From a virus, in IMG/VR virus record IMGVR_UViG_3300034152_000478, positions 1-64,000 of that record: a stretch of 64,000 bases of DNA, one strand, 5' to 3'. Below are positions 43,481-54,877 of this stretch, piece by piece; the first letter of the stretch is position 1; each line of letters opens with the position of its first letter. Under the pieces are notes generated by a model. That model ran no database searches and had not been told where the DNA came from. It saw nothing but the letters and a program-made list of their open reading frames with translations. The position numbers and the translations under genes are program-made.

Positions 43481-44701
43481 GTGGCGAATAACAGAATCAC
43501 GTATGCAACAGCGCAGGTGTCCATCAAGGACAATCGGCGTCGTGCTACGAATGCCATTGATAAATGGTATCCGGAGCTTACGTTGGCCTCTGGTATTAGC
43601 GCCTCCGACACCGTAATTCAATTCAACGAAACTGTTAGCGGCGTTTGGCCTAATGTACCGCTACAGTTCCGGCTTGTTTCAGGCGGGGCCACTGAGTATG
43701 TTTATGCATCTCAGTTCCTCGCAGATGACACCGTTGCTGTTGTCCGTGGTGATGGCGAGACAACTGCGCGGTCACATTCAAGCGGGAACCAGGCAAACCT
43801 GAATGGCTGGGAAGTTCCACTTGGCATGCAAACTGCCAGTGTAAGTACTGCGTTTAACACGGAAGATGTGTTTCACATCGGCCAGTTGGACGCTTACGAA
43901 AACGTGGAAACGCTTCCCGAAATTGAGGTTACTCTTGAGCGCGTACTGGATGGGACTAAGCCATTGTGGTTGATGGTCACTGACCCAGACCAGACGACGC
44001 TCAAAGGCCGAACTGCCGACTACCAAGTTGATGTTGCTATTAGTGTATACCCTGACGTACAGGATTCGGCTACTGGAACGCCTGATTCTGTCATGACTGG
44101 CTCTGGCATGTATGTAAGTGCCATTAGCTACAACTTTGTGGCTGAGGGCAACTGGACAGAAAGTGTTACCTTGATTGGTAACGACAAAACATGGACTCAG
44201 TCTGAGGGTGTACCTTCTGGCTATTTCCCAACCAGCGACGCATTCGATGCAACTGTCGTTGGTTCAGGTGTCCAGCGCTCGGAGGACTTCGATCGTGCTG
44301 GCTCAACACTTCCAACCGACATTAGTGCAGATGACCGGATTCAGTCTATCACTGTCAGTGCGGACATTGGCAGAGAAGAAATCTACGAACTTGGTCAGAA
44401 ACGTCCATTCTTTAGGGCAGTTACCTTCCCACTCACTGTCACAACTACCTTTGAGACGATTACCTCAGAGGGTGACAAGGTGGAAGCGCTGTCTACAGTG
44501 GATAATCTGACTAACCAACAGATTACTCTGGTAACTGATGCTGGTCTCACTATCAACCTCGGAGCGAAGAATAAGCTGGCTTCAGTAGAGTTTGCCGGGT
44601 TTGATGCTGGTGGTGGCAACGGAACAGCGACGTTCGAGTATACTAACAGTAACTCGTTAACGATTACGCACCCAGCCACAGACCAGGCTAAAAATCCGTA
44701 A
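43481..44701 (+). CDS. major tail (tube) protein
   Basis: 406 aa beta-rich; two F/Y-x-I/L-G-Q tube-like half repeats; own promoter motif and terminator. Confidence 0.65.
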   Translation: MANNRITYATAQVSIKDNRRRATNAIDKWYPELTLASGISASDTVIQFNETVSGVWPNVPLQFRLVSGGATEYVYASQFLADDTVAVVRGDGETTARSHSSGNQANLNGWEVPLGMQTASVSTAFNTEDVFHIGQLDAYENVETLPEIEVTLERVLDGTKPLWLMVTDPDQTTLKGRTADYQVDVAISVYPDVQDSATGTPDSVMTGSGMYVSAISYNFVAEGNWTESVTLIGNDKTWTQSEGVPSGYFPTSDAFDATVVGSGVQRSEDFDRAGSTLPTDISADDRIQSITVSADIGREEIYELGQKRPFFRAVTFPLTVTTTFETITSEGDKVEALSTVDNLTNQQITLVTDAGLTINLGAKNKLASVEFAGFDAGGGNGTATFEYTNSNSLTITHPATDQAKNP

Positions 44702-44721
44702 TTGACGGCTGAACAAACAAC

Positions 44722-44755
44722 GCCCCGTCTGGCCCTTAGCTGGGCGGGGCTTTTT
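44722..44755 (+). terminator. intrinsic terminator
   Basis: GCCCCGTCTGGC-CCTTA-GCTGGGCGGGGC-TTTTT. Confidence 0.85.
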
Positions 44756-44793
44756 CTCCATCAGGCAAGGTTAGGAATCTAAAAGGCAGGGCG

Positions 44794-45867
44794 ATGAACG
44801 GAGAACAGATGGAGATCATCATTCAGGAGATACTCTGGGGCAAGGCGTTCGCCGAAATCCAAGACGCTCAGGGTAATACTCATTCTGTCATTGTAAGATC
44901 CCTCAACGGTAAAGAAAACAACATCATTAACCACATCTATGCCGCCGCATTGCGCGAGGGACACAGTGCTGGCTTGTGCTCTGAAGAAGAATTGCGTCAG
45001 CAGTATGCAGATCGTGGCGTATGGACCAATGCAGATGAAGAGGAAATAGAAAAGCTCACAATTGGCATTAGGCGTTTGAAGTGTATTTTGCCCACATTCC
45101 AATATGCCAAGGCTAAAGCTGATGCCACAAAAGCACGCTTGCGAAGAGCAGAACGCGATCTCAATAAGCTACAAACTCTCAAGGCAGAGCTATTTGTATC
45201 TTCCTTAGAACACCGTGCGGCAGTTGTGCGGTCGCGTAAGATTGCTCTTTTCACACTTGAAAACATTACCGAAGAGCCATACTGGACAGATGCAGAATTT
45301 GAGTACTTTGTTGACATGACTTTTATTAACAGTGTGGTAGCAGCATATTATGAGCATTTCCTACTACCTACTCCTCAAATTAGAGAAATAGCACGGTCCT
45401 CAATGTGGCGCTATCGCTGGATTGCAACCAAGAATGCGGCAGACCTTTTCGGTTGTCCGGCGTCAGACTGGTCAGAAGCTCAAAATTCTCTTGTATTCTG
45501 GTCTGGTTATTATGACAGAGTATTTGAGCATCCTGACTGTCCTCATGAGCTTATAAACAATGATGAAGCTCTTGATGCTTGGCTGGAAAGAGATAATAGA
45601 AATCGTCGCATGGACAAAAAAGACGTATCTAAAGGTAGAGCAAATATCATTCGTCGTAAACAAAAGAATCGTGTAGGAGGCATGCAGGAGACCTTTATTA
45701 TGGTTGATGGAGAAGATCCGGACGCTGTTGCTGAAATTCAATCCATGAATGATCCGGCAACGCGGGCACGGCTACGTCAGGAAAGAAAGATTATTAAGGA
45801 AAAAGGCCAGGTAACGGAATGGGGTCTGAGAAAAAATCAGATAATACGCGAAAGCTTGCGCAAATAG
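44794..45867 (+). CDS. tail assembly chaperone-like protein
   Basis: Between tube and tape measure genes; helical. Confidence 0.5.
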   Translation: MNGEQMEIIIQEILWGKAFAEIQDAQGNTHSVIVRSLNGKENNIINHIYAAALREGHSAGLCSEEELRQQYADRGVWTNADEEEIEKLTIGIRRLKCILPTFQYAKAKADATKARLRRAERDLNKLQTLKAELFVSSLEHRAAVVRSRKIALFTLENITEEPYWTDAEFEYFVDMTFINSVVAAYYEHFLLPTPQIREIARSSMWRYRWIATKNAADLFGCPASDWSEAQNSLVFWSGYYDRVFEHPDCPHELINNDEALDAWLERDNRNRRMDKKDVSKGRANIIRRKQKNRVGGMQETFIMVDGEDPDAVAEIQSMNDPATRARLRQERKIIKEKGQVTEWGLRKNQIIRESLRK

Positions 45868-46169
45868 CCGAAAAGACCGACAGCTACTCTGTTAGATCAC
45901 GTGAGTTCTTACGATCTTTGGTCTACAAGAGTCTCAAGGGTGTTTTCACTGGCGCACTGCGTGCTGTAGAAACTCGCCTCGGTAAAGAATTTCCACAATA
46001 CTCTGAGTTGAGGTCTGAGATTCTTCGCATCGGCAATGACGCCATTCGAGAGATGAACAAGTGTGTACATCATTTCAACATTGAGATGATACCAGATACG
46101 TTAGAGATACAGGTGGAACAAGGATCAGGGCAAGGAGTTGAGAAGGATGGAAAGAAAAGTACTGGCTAA
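45819..46169 (+). CDS. hypothetical protein
   Basis: 116 aa ORF. Confidence 0.55.
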   Translation: MGSEKKSDNTRKLAQIAEKTDSYSVRSREFLRSLVYKSLKGVFTGALRAVETRLGKEFPQYSELRSEILRIGNDAIREMNKCVHHFNIEMIPDTLEIQVEQGSGQGVEKDGKKSTG

Positions 46170-46887
46170 TTTTGAGCACGAAGGCACAAAGTATCATATC
46201 GTGCATCCTACCCAGGATGAGTTGATGAGTATTGACTTGGAGCAACGTAGGGCGTTTGCACAGGCTATCCGCAGTGGATTGCTGGCAGAGTTTGAAGCCA
46301 AGAAGGTTCTTGCTGAGCGCGGCATTTGGGGAGAGGAACAGGAGACTGAAATACGAGACCTGCAGCTTCGAGTTGCGACCCTTGAAACTCAACTTGAAAG
46401 AGAAGAAGATGAAAAAGCTGGTAAAAAACTTGCTTTTAATCTGATAGAATGCCGTGGCAAGCTTCTTACTCTGATTAATGAGAAGAATAAGCTGTCTACG
46501 CAAACTGCAGAGGGATATGCCTCTGAGGCAAAGAACGTTTTATTCGCTGCCCTTTGTACTCTAAATGAGGATGGCAGTAAGGTTTTCAAGGATATTGAAG
46601 CTTTTATGCAGCATCCAGACCATCAGTTTACTGCTGTGTGTTTCGGCCATACCATGCTTGCGGATGTCGGCCTTACCGAGGAGGATGCCAAAGTCGAATT
46701 TACCGAAAACAAATGGCTTGAGTCACATGGCTATATGGAGAAAGACATGCCTGAATTTACTAAGAAATACTACGCTGAAGTTATTGAGGAGACGACTGGA
46801 ATTGATGTAAATCCGCCTCCTCCCGAAAAGCAGAAGCCCAAAGGAAGGAAGCGAGGTCGACCAAAGACGAAGACTAAGAAAGAGTAG
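46147..46887 (+). CDS. tail assembly chaperone-like protein (related to 44794..45867)
   Basis: Shares the GL..E.E....L/Y..RG.W...E.EI..L motif with 44794..45867. Confidence 0.5.
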   Translation: MERKVLANFEHEGTKYHIVHPTQDELMSIDLEQRRAFAQAIRSGLLAEFEAKKVLAERGIWGEEQETEIRDLQLRVATLETQLEREEDEKAGKKLAFNLIECRGKLLTLINEKNKLSTQTAEGYASEAKNVLFAALCTLNEDGSKVFKDIEAFMQHPDHQFTAVCFGHTMLADVGLTEEDAKVEFTENKWLESHGYMEKDMPEFTKKYYAEVIEETTGIDVNPPPPEKQKPKGRKRGRPKTKTKKE

Positions 46888-46891
46888 ATAA

Positions 46892-49800
46892 ATGGCTAAC
46901 GAGCTACCTCTTGGGATTCGATTCAGCGAACGAGATGTAGATACGCGTGGTATTATTACCGGCGTACAAAAGGCTATCACCAGGGCAATCGCCAAGGTGG
47001 ATGTTGAAGGTCTTAAGAAGCGTCTTGCCGCTGTAGAGCTGAAAGTAACCACCCTCCTACCAAAGAAGGTTACTGATTCTGTCGCTACGCGAATTAATCA
47101 GGCTCTCAATAGATTCATCCTGAAATTCGATGATCGCAAAATAAGGACTGGCCCATTAGTGGCGCGAGTAAAGAAAGCCATTGATGCTGGCGTTAGGCAG
47201 GCCACCCTTGCTCCTTTGATTGCGAAATTCAAGGTGGCTCAAGCCAACATCACAGGGATTCTTCAGCGCAGCATAGAGAATATCGCTGCTACTCCTGTGT
47301 ACGTCAATCTGCGTGTTGATACTGCACAGCTTAGAGCCGAAATCCACGCCTTAGCTCAGCGGCGTGATTTTGTGGTGACCGTGAGGGCAAAGATTGTCCC
47401 AGATCAAGCCTCTCTGGCTGAATTGAGAAAGCAGCTCGGCATTGTTGCAGCAGCAAAACCAGTAGCAGGAACAGAAGTACAATCAAAAGGCTTTGAGAAC
47501 TTATCTAAGGCTGCTAAGGAAGCCGGTCTGACTGTTGAGCAGGTACAGCAAAGAATTGGTGCTGCGGCAGAGGGAACCACACAAAGATTAAGCGGTATGG
47601 CTGGAGGTCTTGGCAGGGCCGCGAAAAGAGTCCAAGAACTTCAAACCAAAACTGAAACATTAACTCGCAAACAAGAGGAGTTAAAAACACTCTTCAAAGA
47701 TGCTGGTGTTGGCGCTACTGAGTTTGGTGCCAAGCTGGCTCAGATTGGTAAGCGCTTTACTGCGTTCTTTGCCTACACAATTGGTGTCTTCAAGATGATT
47801 GAGGCCACCAGAATGTTGGTGGAGGAAGTTAGACGGCTGGATGATACGGTTATTAGTTTGGCTAAGGTGTTGCCTCAGGTAAACACTGAGCAGCTTACCG
47901 AGCGATTGGTAACGTTGGCTCGTGAAACTGGCCGTACATTTGCCGAAGCATCTGAAGCTGCCATTGGTTTTGCTCGTGCTGGCCTGAAAGAGGTAGACGA
48001 CATTGCCAAGGCTACCGAGGCTTCTCTGCGCCTACTGAACATCTCTACGGTTGATACTGCGACATCCTTCAAGTTGATGATTACCATCGCGAATGCGTTT
48101 GGTATTGGCTTCGAGGATGCTGCACAGAAAGTTGCTATCTTCTCTGAATTTGCCGATAATGCGGCCGTTACTGTTGAAGATTTAGCTCAGGGCTTCATTC
48201 GTGGTGGTGCTGCTGCTCAGGCTGCTGGGCTCAGTGTTGAAGAATTCGGTGCTATTGTTGCCACAGTTACTGGTACAACTCAGATTTCAGCTACCAGAAT
48301 TGGTACTGCATTTAAGACTATGTTGTCAAGAATCTTGCGTAACCGCGATGCAATTCTTGATACTGTCAGAGTTACACTGCAGATGGACAAAACCACTCTG
48401 CAGCTATCTCGTGAGTTGGATACTACTCAGAAGATTATCCTCGCCATGGGGGAAGCATGGCAGGTTATGAATGCTCAGCAAAAGGCTAACTTTGCGCAGA
48501 TTGCTGTGGGTAGCCGTCGTTTAACTGAGCTGTCTGCTATTTTGAGCCAGACAAATAAGTTCACCGAACAGCTTTCACGAGTAAGTGGTGCTGCAGCTAC
48601 TGCGCAGCGCAAGGAAGCGCTTGAAGCAACCAGCGTGGCCGCTGCAAATCGTCAAGTGATCAGAGCTGTTACTGAATTGGCAGCCATTATACGCGAAACC
48701 GGCATTGTGGAACTCTATAAGGGTGCTGCTACAGTCCTTGGGCAAACTCTTGGTCTTGTGGGCCGTTTGATTGAACAAACGAATAGCTGGGCTAAAGCAC
48801 TTAAGGGAGTAAGCGGTGAAGATGTCGGCGGTCCTATCGCTGTATTTAGCGCCGGTCTCGGCGAAGTTATTGATGGCGTCGGTTTACTCCGCAGGACTTT
48901 CTTGGTCCTATTTGCTCAAGTTGTTCTGCCAAGCATTAAAAGAGCTATTGTTGGTTTCAATACGTTTATTCGCGGCAGCGATGCTGGCATTAACAAGCTC
49001 ATTGCTGAACAAGGCAACTTGAACGCGGTCGCCTTTGAGTTAGTGGATGCTCAGGGACGTTCTATTGCCAAACAAAAAGAGCTTACGCAGGCGGTCAAAG
49101 AAACTACTACGGCACTGGAGCAACAGCAAAAATCCAGAATACCGACGATACGTGCAGCAGCAGCCGGTGCCGTAGATGTTGCTGGCGTGGCTGGACGCGG
49201 TGCTGGAGCAATCGGTCGAGGAGCAATTGGCGCACTCGGACGCCCGCTGGAAACCTTAAGAACTGGTATTAGAGGAGTGCAAACAGGTTTTAAGGCTCTT
49301 GGTACTGGAGCCAAAAAAGCCTTCGAATTTCTAAGTCGACCTGTCGATGGTTTTGCTGGTCAGATGATCAGGACTACTGCAGTTATGACTGCACTTGATG
49401 CTGCTTCATCTGCTGCCGCAAAAGCTGCCGAAGAATTTGCCAAAAGCGGGAATGAAACTCTTGCGACAATTTCAAAGCTTGGTAGTTCTGCTACTGGTGC
49501 TGCAGCCAGCCTAATTCCGTTTGGCACAAGAGCTGCTTTGGCTGGCGCTGCTATAGCCACAATCCCGCAATCAGTCTCTACTGTTGTTAATGCATTCCAG
49601 ACTGCTGCTGCAGCCGCTAAGGACTTTGCTGAAGCTGCTGCTGAGCAAGTTACTGTTATTGAGGCAATTCAACTTGCGCAGCGACCTGGTGGCGGCGCGA
49701 TTGGTCGTGCTCTTGTTGAACGAGGCTTAGCTGAAGAGGTTGAGATAGAAGGTAGACTTGTATTAAGAGTGCCTCGTGGTGTTAGCCCCAGGGAAATTGT

Positions 49801-52800
49801 GAACATTACGGCACTAAGACAGCAAGTTTTCAATCCAATTGAACGCGAGCTTTTTGAACTTCAAAGAGAAGCAGTCAAAGTCGGCGATGCTCTTGCCGAA
49901 AGCATCGAAAAAGCTATAGATCGTAGTAGCGTTGTTGAGAAATTCCGGGCTACAGTGCTGGAGATAGAGAAACAAAAAATAGCTCTTGAATTCGAGTTCG
50001 AGTCTGAGAATCTTATTGGCCTATCCAATGAATTTAATGAGTTGCTATTGACAGCTAAATCTTTTGAGGAAAGTCCTATACGCCTTAATGTGCCGGACAC
50101 GGACTTAGTACAGGGATTGTCGCAGGAGCTTTTCCGAGCAAAAGCGGCAATGGATGCTATTGGTGACAATGATGCTGCTGCTATGGTTGTAGACCTTATA
50201 GCAGATAGGGCCGAAGTAACCTCAGAGCAGATTAACTTCGTGCGTGCTGCTTTTCAGGGAGCCAGCGATGAGGCTGATGTTGTATCCGACAGAATCTTAA
50301 AAATTGGCGATAGACTGGAAGAAGCCAAGAAGGAAAGCGAAGCTTTTAGGCGAACAGTGCAACAAACGGTTGAAAATGCTGGAGCTATTGTAGAAGCAGA
50401 AGGGAAACGCCCCAAACTTGCTGAACAGACACTCAAGGCTGTTGAGCAAATCAACTTGGCAGAAGATGCCCGCGTTGAATTGGCCAAAGCAGAAGAGAAG
50501 ATACAACAGCAGGCACAGCAACGCAGAGCAGAAGAAACTGCAGAATTAATTAAACAGCTTGAGCTGACTAAGGCCCGTGCTGCTATTTCGGCACGTCAGC
50601 TTAGTATCAATCTTGAACAACTGGATGATTTCATTAAGATCAACCGTATCCAAACAGAAAATGCTGCTCTTGCCGCCCAGTCTTCTGATCCGTATCTTCG
50701 CACACTGTCTGTTTTGCAGACAATTACTGCTGAGAATGAAGTACAACAGCGTCAACTTGAAAGACTGCAGGCTCTACAAGCTCAGAGAATTCAGCAAACC
50801 AGAGATCAATTGCGCTTTGTAGAAAGTGCAGATGTTGAACAGATTGTTGCGGGCATTGAAGCTGAATTCAAGATCAAAGAAGCGGAAATCAACAAGAACA
50901 TTATCGCCAATATCTTCAAGGGTATTCAGGCACAAATAGAACTTGAAGGTGCTGCTGAGAAGGAACGCATTGACACGGTTCTTAAAGGCATTACTCAAAT
51001 CAAGGAAGAAGAGCTTGAAAGACTGGACATACTAAAGGGTTTATCAGATGTTGTGGTCCAGGAAGATTTTGGTAGGTTTATTCAGGGCTTCCAGGCGTTG
51101 CAAAATGTAGATACCGGCGTATTCGTGCAACGATCCGAAGAGCTTAAGGGCGCATTGCGAGGTCTTGAAGAAAACCTTAGCTCTGCGAGTCAGGCACTAT
51201 TTGGTGGTGGGTTTGTTGAGCGACAGCTTACTGCCGTTGGTGCTGATATTGCCAATGCATTCGGCAAACAGCAGCAGATCCAGCTTGCATTTGCTCTTGA
51301 GCGTATTGATGTGGAGCGTGACGCAGAGAGTGAAAGACTAAAAATACAGCTTGAAAGAGCCCAAACATCAGTACAGCAAGCTAAAATCGAACGCGACTTG
51401 CGCAACAATGAACAGCAAAGACAGAAAGAAAAATCTATAGCTCTTGCCAAAGAGGCTGCAGATGGCGTACAGGAAGCTTTTGGTCGTATGACTGACGCCA
51501 TGAATGAAGTAGTATCTATTGCGGCAGATATTGACAAAGTAGATCAAGAGATCAAAAAGCTGCGAGCATCTTTGGAGTTCGTAGCGCCAGAAGAATTAAC
51601 GAGACGTGCTGGGCGCGTAGATGTTCTACGTCAGCGACGTGAGGCAACTGCGGCTCGCCTTGAAGAAATTCAAGCATTCCAGGATCAGATCCGTGCTGGC
51701 TATGAAATGGCGAATGCCTTATCGTCCGCCTCTGTCCAGGGTGCTAAATTTGTACAGTCTGTGCGTTTCCAGGTAGGGGCATACAATGATCTATCTGACC
51801 AGCTCGGCGGCTTGACTGCCGCATACAACAGCTTTGGAAGTAATCTTGCAACTTCTGAGCAGCATCTGTTTGAGTTAAGAGCGCAGCTCGCACGCGATGC
51901 CGTGAACGTTCTTAAATCACAGTTTGATGCCATAAAGGGCTTTGGTCAACGTCTATTCACAGCAAGCTTTGGGCAGCTTAATGAGCTTGCCAGAGCTGCT
52001 GAATTCCTGGGACGGGATGCTGCAGAAGTACCGCTTGCCCTTAGGGATTCATTCTCTGAGTTATTGAAGCTGACAAGGGGTGGTCCTGCTGCTGAACTTG
52101 AAATTGCCATAGCTGGCCTTGAAAGAGTTGGCTTGGATTCGACTGAGCTGGAGCGCCTACAGGGTCAGGTTATACGGCAGGCGGAAGAGGCTGCCAGAAA
52201 TGACATGCTGGCTCTTGAGGCGCAACAGAGAGCCGCTGATAACTCGGCAAGCACAGTTGCAGTATTGCAGCGTCAGCTCAACATTATGGACAAAGACATC
52301 CAGGCTGCTGAAGATGCCAGAGATAGAATTGCTGAGTTGAAAGAAGAGTTTCTGCGCAGTGATGATAGGGTGACAAAAACCGATCAGCAGAAGCTACAAG
52401 AGGCACGTGAACGCAAGAAGTATCTACTGTCTCAGCTCTCACTACATGGCAGAGAGTATCAGTTGAATGCTCAGCGATATTCACAGCTTATATCACTTAC
52501 TCGTGAAACAGCGGGCTCAGCAGCGACACAGAATACTAACTTTGGGCAACTCGTGCAAGGCAACAGCGCCATCCAGGAAAGCGTCGCTCGCTTTACTCAG
52601 ATAGCAGAAGAATCGCGGGTCACGCAGGAGGCCATGAAACAAGAGATTACTACATTACAAGAAGCTTTGACGACAACAGCGACTGCCATTCAGGAGAATT
52701 TTACACCTGAGCAACTTGAAAGTGCCATGACAACCGCCTTAAAGGCTGATTCAACACGGTCTAATTTTGGTGGAGCAATACAGGACGAAGATGTCGTGAC

Positions 52801-53554
52801 GAATGCTACGTTGAATGCTGGAATTTCCACGCTACAAACAGCCAATCAGAACTTGCAGAACGTGATTACTACTGGCGATAGCAACACTCAACAGGCGATT
52901 AACGCTACAACTACTGCTGTTAATACCAGCGCCAACACAATTTCAACTGAAATTAACGAGATGCAAGCAGCGATCGTTCGGGCTGTCAACAGCATTCAGA
53001 TTCGCGTACAGAAGATTGTACAGGCTCCAACAGCGGCTACTGGCCTTACAACGCCGGAAATACACAGTGTTGTGGCAGCAGCGCGACGCGAAAAAGCCAA
53101 CATGCCAACCAATTCTAATATTGTAGTTGCCAACTCTTCAGAGCTGATTATGACGCAAGGCCAGGCTCGCAAAGTGTTTGGTCAGGTGCAGGCTCCTGAG
53201 GGTGTCCGTGAAGTAGCACGTGCGCCGATAATGCATGCTGGCCGTGTAGCAGAAGAGAAGTCGGCTTCTCAGCCATCAGAGAATGTGAACAAGCTGGTTC
53301 GTAAACTCGAAGAGTTGATTGATAAAGCTGAGAACAAGAATCTGTTCAAACAAACTCAGGAAGTACAAATACACGTAGATGGCAAGAAGGACGTTAATGT
53401 GCGCGGTCTTGAAGGTGTCGGAAAGCGTGTGCGAGAAGCATTCAAGGAAGAAATGAGCAGAGTTGCTTCCAAGGCTGAAACCAATATGATTAGCGCCAGA
53501 TTGGACGATATTGTTCGTCGTCTGAAAATGGCTGGCTTAGACGGAGTAGTATAA
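46892..53554 (+). CDS. tape measure protein
   Basis: 2220 aa Ala/Gln-rich helical protein; TP901-type core (F.RAG...A.TVEDLAQG..R.G...IGTAFKTMLSR). Confidence 0.9.
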   Translation: MANELPLGIRFSERDVDTRGIITGVQKAITRAIAKVDVEGLKKRLAAVELKVTTLLPKKVTDSVATRINQALNRFILKFDDRKIRTGPLVARVKKAIDAGVRQATLAPLIAKFKVAQANITGILQRSIENIAATPVYVNLRVDTAQLRAEIHALAQRRDFVVTVRAKIVPDQASLAELRKQLGIVAAAKPVAGTEVQSKGFENLSKAAKEAGLTVEQVQQRIGAAAEGTTQRLSGMAGGLGRAAKRVQELQTKTETLTRKQEELKTLFKDAGVGATEFGAKLAQIGKRFTAFFAYTIGVFKMIEATRMLVEEVRRLDDTVISLAKVLPQVNTEQLTERLVTLARETGRTFAEASEAAIGFARAGLKEVDDIAKATEASLRLLNISTVDTATSFKLMITIANAFGIGFEDAAQKVAIFSEFADNAAVTVEDLAQGFIRGGAAAQAAGLSVEEFGAIVATVTGTTQISATRIGTAFKTMLSRILRNRDAILDTVRVTLQMDKTTLQLSRELDTTQKIILAMGEAWQVMNAQQKANFAQIAVGSRRLTELSAILSQTNKFTEQLSRVSGAAATAQRKEALEATSVAAANRQVIRAVTELAAIIRETGIVELYKGAATVLGQTLGLVGRLIEQTNSWAKALKGVSGEDVGGPIAVFSAGLGEVIDGVGLLRRTFLVLFAQVVLPSIKRAIVGFNTFIRGSDAGINKLIAEQGNLNAVAFELVDAQGRSIAKQKELTQAVKETTTALEQQQKSRIPTIRAAAAGAVDVAGVAGRGAGAIGRGAIGALGRPLETLRTGIRGVQTGFKALGTGAKKAFEFLSRPVDGFAGQMIRTTAVMTALDAASSAAAKAAEEFAKSGNETLATISKLGSSATGAAASLIPFGTRAALAGAAIATIPQSVSTVVNAFQTAAAAAKDFAEAAAEQVTVIEAIQLAQRPGGGAIGRALVERGLAEEVEIEGRLVLRVPRGVSPREIVNITALRQQVFNPIERELFELQREAVKVGDALAESIEKAIDRSSVVEKFRATVLEIEKQKIALEFEFESENLIGLSNEFNELLLTAKSFEESPIRLNVPDTDLVQGLSQELFRAKAAMDAIGDNDAAAMVVDLIADRAEVTSEQINFVRAAFQGASDEADVVSDRILKIGDRLEEAKKESEAFRRTVQQTVENAGAIVEAEGKRPKLAEQTLKAVEQINLAEDARVELAKAEEKIQQQAQQRRAEETAELIKQLELTKARAAISARQLSINLEQLDDFIKINRIQTENAALAAQSSDPYLRTLSVLQTITAENEVQQRQLERLQALQAQRIQQTRDQLRFVESADVEQIVAGIEAEFKIKEAEINKNIIANIFKGIQAQIELEGAAEKERIDTVLKGITQIKEEELERLDILKGLSDVVVQEDFGRFIQGFQALQNVDTGVFVQRSEELKGALRGLEENLSSASQALFGGGFVERQLTAVGADIANAFGKQQQIQLAFALERIDVERDAESERLKIQLERAQTSVQQAKIERDLRNNEQQRQKEKSIALAKEAADGVQEAFGRMTDAMNEVVSIAADIDKVDQEIKKLRASLEFVAPEELTRRAGRVDVLRQRREATAARLEEIQAFQDQIRAGYEMANALSSASVQGAKFVQSVRFQVGAYNDLSDQLGGLTAAYNSFGSNLATSEQHLFELRAQLARDAVNVLKSQFDAIKGFGQRLFTASFGQLNELARAAEFLGRDAAEVPLALRDSFSELLKLTRGGPAAELEIAIAGLERVGLDSTELERLQGQVIRQAEEAARNDMLALEAQQRAADNSASTVAVLQRQLNIMDKDIQAAEDARDRIAELKEEFLRSDDRVTKTDQQKLQEARERKKYLLSQLSLHGREYQLNAQRYSQLISLTRETAGSAATQNTNFGQLVQGNSAIQESVARFTQIAEESRVTQEAMKQEITTLQEALTTTATAIQENFTPEQLESAMTTALKADSTRSNFGGAIQDEDVVTNATLNAGISTLQTANQNLQNVITTGDSNTQQAINATTTAVNTSANTISTEINEMQAAIVRAVNSIQIRVQKIVQAPTAATGLTTPEIHSVVAAARREKANMPTNSNIVVANSSELIMTQGQARKVFGQVQAPEGVREVARAPIMHAGRVAEEKSASQPSENVNKLVRKLEELIDKAENKNLFKQTQEVQIHVDGKKDVNVRGLEGVGKRVREAFKEEMSRVASKAETNMISARLDDIVRRLKMAGLDGVV

Positions 53555-54867
53555 TGCCACGTAGCAAAATGAAATATGGCAGCTATGAGTTTCTGCCTGC
53601 TCCATTAATGGTTTATGCTGTTGAGCATGTCAACGATGAGCAGGAGCAACTGCTTTACAGAAACATCACATATACGCTGAATGGTACGCTACTATTCCCA
53701 AGTGGTGACTTTGGGGAGATGATGCAATTGCGAGAAGAGCTGGAGACTGCTCTGGCTTCTGGCAATCAGCAATTCTTGATCAAGTATGATGATGTACCAA
53801 TTCTATCTGGATATCCGGCCACACAAGCTCTGACATTTGAAGAGGGCGTCTGGGTCGACAGGATCAACTATACGGCAGAATTGCTATTGAAAGATACCTC
53901 TGCTGCCAGTGGCAATATCGAATCATACTCTGAAACTTGGACCTTTAATGAGGATGACAATCGCAAGACAATCACCGTCGAACACAGTATCGGTGCTAAG
54001 GGAATTAACACTGCTGGAGCAGGATCAAACAATGCTCTGGAAAACGCCAAGGATTATGTAATACCTCGACTTGGCTATAGCAATGTACCGTCGTTTTTGC
54101 CAGCATTCTGTGTTGGCTCTGGTACTCTGCAAGCTTACGAATCTCTGCGTAGCGAAAATGCTGACACGCAAGAAGGATCGTATGAGGCTAATGAGTTATT
54201 CATCCTGTCCTCTGGTCTTTATATCCATCGACAAAACATCACATTCAATAAAGATGAGTCCAATGTTGTCACTGTAGAGCTGGACGGTGAAATCCATGGG
54301 CTTGGTCGTAGTTTGCTTGGCTATCAGCGGGCCTATACTGGCTGGACGATAGTTGAACCTGGGCTGTTTACGATAGCTTCTGGAATTTATGCGAAATATG
54401 GTGGAGCAAACAATCTCAGTCCAACGGAAATCGCTCAATCTATTGGTGAAGACAGGGATGGCGGAATTGTTACCTATTCCATCAGCTACCAAGATTCTGA
54501 GCTGATTCTACCGTCAGGCATTAGCGCATTTGAAATGACAAGGGACACTGCGGAACCAGTTACGTTGTATGCTACACACGTGGTGGTTGACAAGCTTGAT
54601 GGCCCTGTTGTTCAGGACTTGGGCACATCCACCGAAGGCTCAGTAACGCTGGCTGGCACTTGTACAAAAGAATCCAACTATCCATTGTCAGATATGAAGA
54701 ATTTCGTCAATCAGAAGATAGCAGATGCGGCACCGAGCAGTCCAACTATTGTGTACCGCGTGACTGAGAACACATACAGACTGGATGAAACTGGCAATAT
54801 CTTAGAGTTTAGCGTAACATGGTCATTCGCTGCAGCAGCGCAAGATGACTATCTGACATATCTGTAA
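53554..54867 (+). CDS. tail tip/distal tail protein
   Basis: Directly follows the tape measure gene; beta-rich. Confidence 0.55.
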   Translation: MPRSKMKYGSYEFLPAPLMVYAVEHVNDEQEQLLYRNITYTLNGTLLFPSGDFGEMMQLREELETALASGNQQFLIKYDDVPILSGYPATQALTFEEGVWVDRINYTAELLLKDTSAASGNIESYSETWTFNEDDNRKTITVEHSIGAKGINTAGAGSNNALENAKDYVIPRLGYSNVPSFLPAFCVGSGTLQAYESLRSENADTQEGSYEANELFILSSGLYIHRQNITFNKDESNVVTVELDGEIHGLGRSLLGYQRAYTGWTIVEPGLFTIASGIYAKYGGANNLSPTEIAQSIGEDRDGGIVTYSISYQDSELILPSGISAFEMTRDTAEPVTLYATHVVVDKLDGPVVQDLGTSTEGSVTLAGTCTKESNYPLSDMKNFVNQKIADAAPSSPTIVYRVTENTYRLDETGNILEFSVTWSFAAAAQDDYLTYL

Positions 54868-54877
54868 GGAGTAGGCA

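Noticed and set aside
44794-46887. Programmed -1 frameshift in the tail chaperone genes
   Set aside because: Each ORF has its own plausible start codon, and no convincing slippery heptamer at a suitable position was identified.
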